Below, in pieces: positions 24,701-33,739 of a stretch of 64,000 nt of DNA. Every line of letters starts with the position of its first letter. Position 1 is the first letter of the stretch. The notes beneath the pieces are model-generated. The model made no database searches. It worked only from the letters and a program-made list of their open reading frames with translations, and was not told the DNA's origin. This DNA comes from Blasia pusilla (taxonomy: Eukaryota): contig CM114271.1 of NCBI GenBank assembly GCA_050084515.1, forward strand, positions 9,610,001 through 9,674,000, read 5' to 3'. The translations under genes were made by a program, and so were the position numbers.

Positions 24701-25695
24701 ACTGCTTGCCATGTGTACTCTGACGTGGAGCCCAAGTCGTGGACAATGAAAAATATGTATGCAGGACATGCTCCAAAGTAGAAGGGCAATGCCTGACAAT
24801 GAGGACATCGATGGCCTCCCGGCGGTATGGTGTCACCGACCTCATATGGAGTTTCTGCATTCTTGGGGGGGAATTGCGACGTATTGACTCGCCCGTTGCA
24901 CTCTAGATACGGGCATGCTGGACTTCTACACTCCAAGGTTCCGACGCATTGGCAGCGGGAGACAATCCAAGGACCATCTGGAATTGAAGCACTAGTCCGT
25001 TGAAGCCTGCACCATTGATGACAATGAGACTTTATGTCCATACCCTTCAGGCGTCCTCCATCTTTCTTTTGAGCAGGAGCAGCAAGTGGAGGCAACTCAA
25101 AAATGCAAATACCATCGTACGTGGGCGGCAGCTTGTCGACAAGAATGTGCTTGAACATTTTCAAGGCCAGAGACGAAAGCAAACTATTGCCTGATACTCG
25201 CAAGAGGAATGAATAGGCGGATAGAGGGCTCGGTTGGTGTCCGACAGATCCACTGAGGTTGATAACATCCGGAATCTCTTCAGGAAGAACAACATTAATA
25301 CGAGCATGTGAAGTTGGAGTCGAAGCCGGATCTGCAGAGCTTGGAGTTGCAAACGTAGAGCTCGGAGCACTAGGAAATTCTAGACCGTCTACTTGGGAAA
25401 CAAAAGAATTCAGGGGCAGGTCGTAAACTCTGTATTGACCATTTGCTAGAGGTAGGAGATTCCATACGTTACGGTCTGAGGTCACTGGCTGGACCGTCTC
25501 ACCTATTATGTCTTCCGTACCGTCCACCCTAACATCTTTGGATACAAAGATGGTTCCAATTTGGAGAAGAAATCGAACAAAGAGAAAATTTTCATCCACT
25601 GCTATGAAAGACTCACGAGCTTGGGGTTGAATGATTTCTGATTGAGGAAGGGCCGCGAGATGAGTGCCACAAGTGAGCTTAACATAATTATCCAT
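21773..25695 (-). pseudogene. Mutator-type DDE transposase with N-terminal Cys/His domain and C-terminal SWIM finger; one intron 23252-23690; frameshifted
   Basis: VSFDICY (D), GFMADNA (D), SDAFHW (CxxH position), NTSGVESVH (E), SWIM CSCDDF..FPCKH; GT-AG intron conserved in copy 3. Confidence 0.85.
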
Positions 25696-25753
25696 TCCCA
25701 GAAATTTCGTACGGGAGGAGGGTGAGAATGAGAAAAAGAATGAGAATTTTTAA

Positions 25754-26642
25754 TTTATAGTGAATAGGAAAACAAATACTCATGATAGATTTTTACTGAC
25801 AAGATGAATTCGGTAGGTGACATTGTCTGACACAATGGATCCAATTCTGTTGCAACACATTCAATTCTGTTGCAATGTGTTACCGGATTTGGGAAGCAGA
25901 GACGTGAGTTGCGAAGCACACTTCATTTTGTTGGAACCCGTCGAAGTCCTGGTAACTCAACAATTAACCCAAGCTAAGCAAAGACTGCAACCCGTCGGCT
26001 TCGGATGGGTTGCACGCTTCTGCCTTACCTTCAAACGCAAACATGGTCAAAGCTGGCAACCCGTCGCTCTCCGACGAGTTTGCTCGGATACCGCTCCTTC
26101 TTGCCCGAAGATTCCGGAGGCGTGCAAACCGTCTGTTCCCGATGAGTTCCACGGGTGCTGCACCTATTTGCCCAAAGACGGCGAGGTGTGCAACCCGTCG
26201 CCCTCCGACGGGTTGCACAAGGGCCTCGCCTTGTGGTGCTTACATGAAGGAAGCGTGCAACCTGTCAGACTCCGACGAGTTGCGTGGGAAACCCGCGTTG
26301 TTAACCCTTGACGAGGGAAGCGTGCAACCCAACGGTCTCCGACGGATTGCGCGGGTACGTCCCGTTCTTGTCCGAAGACGCTGGAGGCGCGGAACATGTC
26401 GGTCTCCGACGGGTTGCGCGGGTACCTCGCGTTCTTGTCTGAAGACGGCGAAGGCGCTCAACGCGTCGGTCTCCGACGGGTTGCTCGCGCACGTGGCAAC
26501 GTACCCAGGACGGCGGAGGCGCGCAACGGACTCCGACAGGTTGCCACTTTTTCACGTCCGGACTTCCATAACCTCCGGCACGTCACCATCGAAAGGACGA
26601 CGGGACCCAACGGTCAGCCCAACGGCTAGAAAAGTATAAATA
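25754..26642. promoter_or_regulatory. bidirectional promoter of element E with a ~67-bp-period palindrome array between two outward-facing TATA boxes
   Basis: Minus-strand TATAAA 25754-25759, ~60 bp before transposase ATG; plus-strand TATAAATA 26635-26642 conserved at 13320 and 38340; palindromes start at 25987, 26056, 26124, 26190, 26257, 26324, 26391, 26458, 26523. Confidence 0.7.
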
Positions 26643-26911
26643 GGGCAGAAATCGCTCATTTCCGGTTTCTCATTTTGCGATCTCCATTGCTCTCTCCCCG
26701 TGAGTTGATCGATACCAGGGGCGTTTCACACGGCGAGTCATCGCGAGTCGATCGAGGGAACAGAGCGAGGCGATTCGCCGAACGAGGCGAGCGGTTTGTG
26801 AACGATCGCGAGACGATTCGAGCTACCCATCAAGGCGACTCATCTCGACATCAGCAAGGCGACTGATCAAGCGATTCATCGTGGACACAGGTGGAGGCAT
26901 TTCCGGAAAAA

Positions 26912-29900
26912 ATGACGAGGAAAAAATCACAAGCAAAGAAGTCCGGGAGCTTCACTCCGAAGTCCATTAGGATTCCTGCGTCTGCATCTCCAGGGCCTCG
27001 TTCGGCAAATGAAATTAGGCAGCAGGAAATCGAGGAGCGGGAAAGGGAAGCGAAGATGCACAACGAAGAGCTTCTTGCGAGACGTGTTCAGGAAGCGCTC
27101 GATAGATAGAACGCAGAGGCTAAGATGTCGCAGGCCTTGAAGAAAAGGATCGCCGACGAAAAGAGAGAAAAGAAGCGTCTGGACGCGTCGGTGAGGAGAG
27201 CAGAATTGGCTAAAGCGAGGAGGGAAAAAGCGATAGCCATTGACGACAGCCGAAAGTGTTGAGATGCGGGAAATTTCCCTGATGAAGTCTGGGGACACAA
27301 TCAACATAGCGGAAACGCCAGAAGTTCAAATCACGGACGACGAGGTCATGAGGACCGCCAGCGTGGAGATGGTGGACATTGCCGAAGAAGCCAGAGAGCG
27401 GTCATTCTCGTCTCCAAGCCCGGCGGAAGACATTGACCTCTATCGAATCGACGAGTTCCCAATTGATTTGCCAGCTTCTGTCTCAGACAAGTTGGCTGGT
27501 CAAGAAACCGACCCAATTTTCGAGCGGGTAAGAGAGGATCTGGGTTTTTTGAATTATGTGAATTGCAATTCATTGGGAATTCAGTGTAGCTTATTGATCT
27601 TGTCCCAGTTCTGACAGGTGGTAAATCAGATGGCACTCATGGAGGGCCACAATGCCCCGAGGATTCCACTCTGCCGATTGCAGACAATGGTATACGTCAG
27701 CAAAATTCAGTCCAACGAGGACATCACGAAGCTTAAAAAATCGGCGGCAATAGCATCCTACGTCGACAACTTTCCTCCCTTCTATGTTCAGCCATACGAC
27801 AAGCACGGAACCCAAGCCTTGGTTAAGGAGGAGGACTTGGATAAGCTCGACACATTCTAGAGGATGAGAGACCAGGATTTTAGAAGGCAAGTAGAGGGCA
27901 CGGAATTCAGCTGGATGAGGAATCTGTATTTCTTCATCTGGGATGGAAATCACATGTTCATGGCGTGGACCAAGTTTGCAGAGGAGCGGCCCAACTCCTT
28001 GGAGGCACATTTTTGCGTGAAGGCAGTGGTCCTCCATTCCCTCATCACATGGCGACGGTGGAGATGGCAACGCATGCCATAAACATGTGAGTATCTTCTT
28101 GCTGCAAACCGTTAGACTCCGACAAGTTGTTTGGGTCGGCACTATTGTTGGGATGCTTTTGGCCAAACGCAACTCGTCGGACTCCGAAGAGTTGCTCGAT
28201 TGATGAATGGGTTAGGTTTTTTTTTTCCAAAAGCAACTCGTCGGACTCCGACGAGTTGCTCGACTCGACGCTTTTTCATGATGTTTTTTGAAGAAAGCAA
28301 CTCGTCGGACTCTGACGAGTTGTGCGACTGACCACAGGTTTAATAAGTTTTTGGCCCAAAGCAACCCGTCGGAGTCCGACGGGTTGCTCGACTCGCCGCC
28401 TTTTCATGATGTTTTTTGAAGAAAGCAACTCGTCAGACTCTGACGAGTTGTTCGACTGACCGTAGGTTTAGTATGTTTTTTGCCCAAAGCAACCCGTCGG
28501 AGTCCAACGGGTTGCTTGACTCGAAACTATTTTTGGCCAAAATCAACTCGTCGGAGTCCGACGGGTTGCATTCGGAAGTTGGTTTAGCAAATTTTGCGTC
28601 AAATTGCAAGTTTCCATTCAATTGCGCAACCTGTCGGACTCCGACGGGTTGCTATGTTCACGTTAGTATGTTCAATTGCACAACCCGTCAGAGTCCGACG
28701 GGTTGAAACCAGGCATTAGCAAATCTGAATGCAACCCGTCGGACTCCGACGGGTTGCATCATTTAGCTCGTTTCTAGAATCCGACCTTGAGCTGTGACGA
28801 CCCGTCGGAGTCCGACAGGTTGCAGGAATCCATGTAACTTACAAATTTTTTGACGGGTTGAGTTTGGATGTGCAGGATTGTGTCGGAGGGGAATGTCACC
28901 CACCAATAGATCCAGGACTGCGATCAGGTGAAGAAGGTGCTTACGACGCACCCGAGAGAGTACAAGGGGTTCTTGGGCGACGCCCTGGTAAATCAGATGC
29001 TTGCAAAGGGTGCTCAGATAAAAAAGAAAACTTGGGCAAATAAGTTTATTTCCCAAGATGCAGCCATAACCATCCTTTGCTGGTCGAAGATATAGGCCAC
29101 GAAGAAGAGCGCTGCAGTGGAGTTGGAGTGGAGGGAGAAAGTATCTGGGTCTGAGCGCGCGAAATTCATCCAAGCTACAGTATTTGCAGCCACGAAATAC
29201 ACGGCGAGCAAGATGCAGCGATACATGAGCATTCTCAACCCCGAACTTGGTTCGGAGTTTTACAAGGAGCTGAAGGCGATTATCAAGTGCCAACGGAAAA
29301 GGGATGAAGATCCGCAAGGTCGGATTGGGGAGAAAGTGTCCCTGGATCGCGTGCATCGGTTTGCGTTGTCCAGCATAAGCGAGTTTAGGAGGATCCGACT
29401 GATGAAAATCACTCTCAAGGGCACAGAGGCCCAGAAGTGGGCGGCACACCATCCTCCGAGTGTGTCCGATCCAGTGATCTCCCACTGGCTACGCGAATGG
29501 TCATTCTGGGACGCGTTGCGGGTTATCGGGAAGTCTGTGCTAGACGGTCTGCAAGCGGAGCTGAAAAGATTACAGCCCATTCCGGATGAAGCAAACCTGG
29601 AAAGTTCTGTAGATTTCGAGGTTTGGCTCGACAACATTTGGGACAAGACAATAAAAAACCCAGGATTCAAGACAATGTTCAAGGTTTGCGTCCTCCCTCA
29701 GGCAGAGCTTGACGAAGAAATGGAGGGGAACAAACGGGATCAAGCAAAGAAGAAGCGAGATCTACAGGACCAGATGGCCGATTCCGTTCGAGTAAAAGCT
29801 GCCAAACGGATGGTCTTCAGGTACCTCGTCCAGTGTAAGAATACAGGTACATGGGGAAAATTACCGGCAGCCTTGAAATTGTGGGCTTCGCCGCCTGATG

Positions 29901-31888
29901 GAGAGACATTCTCCATATACGACATGGAGATGGGGCAGCACATGTTTGATTGGGAGGTGGAGAATTGCCCCATTTGGCTTGACTTCAACGACCCTGAAGA
30001 CATCATCGATAAGGATTTACGAGTTCTTCATGATGCAATGGCCTCAGGACAAGACGACATCCCCAATTTTGTGCAGCCTGAAGACTTCTTCGGAGGAGAT
30101 GCAGAAGAGCAAGCCCACAAGACAGCTGAGTTGGCTTCCAAGGTCCACATAGCCAAAGACAAATCCACTGCGGGTCTCAAAGGCAAGGCGAGGGGAGGGA
30201 AAAATTCCAAGGACGAGTCTTCCCAAAGAGAGGCTGAAGATTCAAGGCCAGAGGCGGAATCGTCTGGGCGAGCGGGGAGAGAGGGTCGAACCAGGTCCTT
30301 GGCGAAAAAAACCCCACCAGTCTGAGGTCATAGAGACACCGACAAGCTGTCCGCAGACTCGGGAGAAGCGGAAGCGAGAGGTGCCAGGGTTGTCCCAAGG
30401 AGAATACAGTCCATCATCCTTGGGAAGACACAGACAAACAACGACCCGGACAAGTGTCCTCCTTCATTCACTCCTTTCTTGGATGAGTGAAAAGCTTCGA
30501 TTCTCAAGCGTCCACACCAGCCATCGATAAATTGACAACGCTGGGACGGAAGCTCCAACGAAACGGGCACGCTGCCTCGACGGTGAATGGAGTGGTCGAA
30601 GAGGTTGCGGTGGATCTCTTGATCGCTGATCTGCCCTTGAGGTTGCGACTGTGGGGCGAGAATCCGTCGTACGGGGTACCTGAGTGGAATGTGCCGCTCT
30701 CTTATGACCAAATCGCGCTATTGTTCTCCTTTGCAGATGCCTATCTGAGTGACAGGGGTTGATTCTTGGTGTTGATAGGAGGGAGCGAGGACGAGCTCTT
30801 CAACCTCCAGTGCGTCAAGAGGTCGCTAAAGTGGAGGACAGTGGAATCGTGGATCATAAAAAACGAGTATCCACTCCGATCCGTGACAAGTCAGATTCGG
30901 GTAAGGCTCAATGAGTGTTAATTTCAGATAGTATATCTCCGTTGTTCTTGTCCGTGAGCAACCCGTCGCTTTCCGACGGGTTGCATCTTTCCTAGAAACA
31001 CAGGGAAAACCGTGGTGTACCTGCAACCCGTCGGAACCAGACGGGTTGCACTTGCTTTTGGTTTTTCCCTGTGTTTCCGGAAAGCTGCAACCCGTCAGCG
31101 ACGGTTTCTCGGCCGAGCATGGGTCGCTCTAGGCCAAACAACCCGCCGCCTTCCGACAAAGTTGCTCACGGACAAAAACAACGGAGAGCCCGACGGGTTG
31201 TTTTGTCCCTGACCAACCTGTCGGAAGGCGACGGGTTGGTCAGGGACAAAACAACCCGATGGTTAGCCAAAGTTAGTAATTGAAAAAGTTCTCTAGGGTC
31301 AAGCCGACTTCTTTGGTGACGTGTTGCACATTATGCCAAGTTTCTGACATTGTTTCCAACGTGCTTCTTTCTGAGATGGACCGCTCCCACGTACGCTTCG
31401 CCGTTCGCCCGAGCACAATTTCCAGGTGTTCAAGATCCAGGATCTTGTGGATCCATGCTCAGATGGATACAACTTAGATAGTTTGTATAATTCCCCCCCG
31501 GGAATTTACATGCAAGATAGTACCCCACTTCTAGGAGGAAGGGAAAAATTGCCAGCCTTGATGCAAACGCTCATCGAGCTCTGCTCAAGGCGGGGTGACT
31601 TGGTGTTCGGCTTAGTGGGACTTTCACGGGCAAGTATCAAAGGCGCCTGGTAGAGTGGCAGGAACATTCTCTGCCTCGAGGGAAGGCAAGAACTGTTTGA
31701 CCTTTGCAAGGAGGCAAAGGCAGAATACAAAAGGCTCATTGGGGCGTACAACTCTCCACCGAATCCGAGAGCTCCGGTTCCAGACCCACCATTGGTAGTG
31801 ACTCCATCGTCACTTCCAACGATTCCAAAAATCGGGAGGGCAAGGCCGAAAGTAATTTTTGCAAGAGCTCTCGGACGATGACGAGTGA
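26912..31888 (+). pseudogene. 4-exon cargo gene: charged N-terminus, ParB/Srx-like domain, helical middle region, beta-class N4/N6 DNA methyltransferase-like domain
   Basis: Exons ~26912-27527, 27618-28086, 28876-30900, 31426-31888 with GT-AG sites conserved among copies; WDGNH(R) in exon 2; VDLLIADLP in exon 3; REKLPALMQTLIELCSRxGDLVF..SGRNILCLE in exon 4; several stops and frameshifts. Confidence 0.75.
28104..28825. repeat. intronic array of 27-bp palindromes, 64-bp period with alternating A/B spacers
   Basis: Starts at 28169, 28233, 28297, 28361, 28425, 28489; perfect copies 28361-28387 and 28731-28757. Confidence 0.95.
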
Positions 31889-33739
31889 GTTCAAAGAACT
31901 CAACGACCCAGCTTGACTGCAACGTTTGGAGTAGGGAGTTTTTTGATGATGAGGCAAAAGATTTTATAGAATAGATCAAATGTACAGTTCCAAGCTTTTT
32001 TCGGATGATATAAAGGAGAAGATTTTTTCGAACGATGGTGGTGCTTGTAAAAGTTTGCTGAACATTTTTTATGTCTTTTCGAATGTGATCGTCTATGAAC
32101 TCCGCGGACTTCTATTTTGCAACCCGTCGGATTTCTCCTGCTTGCAACTTTTCACTTTTTGACGACAACACCTTTTTACCACTTGCAGGCAACCTGTCGG
32201 ATTCCGACAAGTTGCCTGATCGGACTCTTTCCCTGTTGGTCCAACTTAAGAGGCAGTCCGGCGGGCTTCTTCCCTTGGCACCTTCCCCTCAACTCGTAAA
32301 GGCAGGCGTAGGCTTCTTTTCTTCTCTCAGACGTGTTGGATTCCTACTACTTGTGCGATTGCCATAATGGTATTACCAAGGACGGAGCACATGTTGATAC
32401 TGGATGGGTGTCACATTGCAGAGCCTACAAGGTAAACTGCCGAGGAAGGCGGTGGGACTCAAATCAGGTTACATGGGACCGTTATGGCATACCTAGGGGG
32501 CCAAGGCTCTCGAATTCGCCAAAATTCTCGATCCCCGTCTACAATCGGCAAGAGGAGCCACTTGTATCCCAGGACATTCCTTTGGTACTGTCACCGAGGA
32601 GAGTTAGGAGTAAATTTTTAGATGACGAGGCTGAAGAAATCATAGACTAGGTCAAATGTACATTTCCGAGGTTCCTTCGGAGGTAATAAAGGACGAGATT
32701 TTTTCAACCGATAATGGTGTTTGTAAAAGTTTGCTGGAATATTTTTTTGGACTTGTGGATTGTGTTCTTTTAGCTACTCAGAATTGCAATTTTGCAACCC
32801 GTATGATTCCGACGTGTTGCAACTTTTTGCTTTTCGCCCACTGCAACTTTTTAACCATTTCCAGGCAAGCTGTCGGATTATGACAGATTGGCTGCTTGAG
32901 TGATCGGACTCTTTCCCTCTGAGACCAACTTCTAACGCATTGTGGCGGGATTCTTAGCGTTTGGCTCGTCCCCCTACATTCGTCAAACCAGTTGTAGGCT
33001 TCTTTTCTTGTCTAAGATGTGCAGGATTCCTACTACCTGTCGGATTGCCATTTTGGATTCCCAACCTGTTAGATCGTTGTGGGTGCAGGGTGGCAGAACA
33101 TCACTTCTAAAAATCTTTCCTTATGGTGAGCTTTCTTACGGGTTGGGAGGGGTGCAGCTTCTCGGTTTCTCAGCCTTAGGATCTGAATGAAGGGACATCA
33201 TTTCCTCTTTACTCCAAACAGCTAACAATCTTTTGGTTCAATTATCCTCTCATGTGTTCACATTTCACAAAGTTGGTCTTGAGCAGACACTATTTATAAC
33301 CAACTGAAAGTTGGTTATGGGGCAATTCAGGGGAGGCCATGATGCAAGCAAGAATCCCTGCAAAAAGAGAGGTTGGCATCCTGGTGGTCCTCCAATAAAA
33401 ATAACCATGGGCACTACTTTTTGTAGACCGAGATAGGTAATGTTAAGAAACTTAGGCTCACATGGAGAGTGATGGAAAAATGTTTGTAGTGGTCTTATGA
33501 TGTCTACTTTTTTTTTGCCCCGAGGAAACAAGAGGTTTTTTTAGGCCCAAATGTGGACCACTACCTACTCTCTTCTAAAGATTTCATGAATTTGAAAGCA
33601 AACAAAAATTTCAAATATGTCAAAAAGTTTTGAAGAGAGGAGGAGGATTTGGCCCTTTTTTTTGAAGAGAGACTCTCCTCTCTTCCTCTCTTCCTCTCCT
33701 CTCTTACTCTCTCCTGCCAGAATACGAGCCCCCCCAAAA

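Larger units (their letters stand above)
21346..33733. mobile_element. MULE family E copy 2, near-complete ~12.4-kb Mutator-like DNA transposon with divergent transposase and ParB/MTase-like cargo gene
   Basis: Ends defined by recurrence of the same termini at other junctions (20932; 8642 and 45860); inverted subterminal (GAGAGGAA)n tracts; internal organisation repeated in copies 1, 3 and 4; no clean TSD. Confidence 0.85.

Noticed and set aside
26010-26639. ORFs over palindrome arrays (also 37840-38352, 12913-13431, 34471-35168) as real genes
   Set aside because: They are repetitive translations of the palindrome (CNPS.SDGL, ATRR.PTGC) on both strands with no conserved frame between copies.
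28104-28825. CRISPR array (27-bp palindromic repeats with 37-40-bp spacers)
   Set aside because: Spacers within an array resemble each other, the repeat is fully symmetric and degenerate, arrays lie in spliceosomal introns of a transposon, and there are no cas genes.
26912-31888. Bacterial or phage contamination as the source of ParB and MTase motifs
   Set aside because: The gene has conserved GT-AG introns and a TATA box, occurs in four diverged copies and is nested with plant-type LTR elements.
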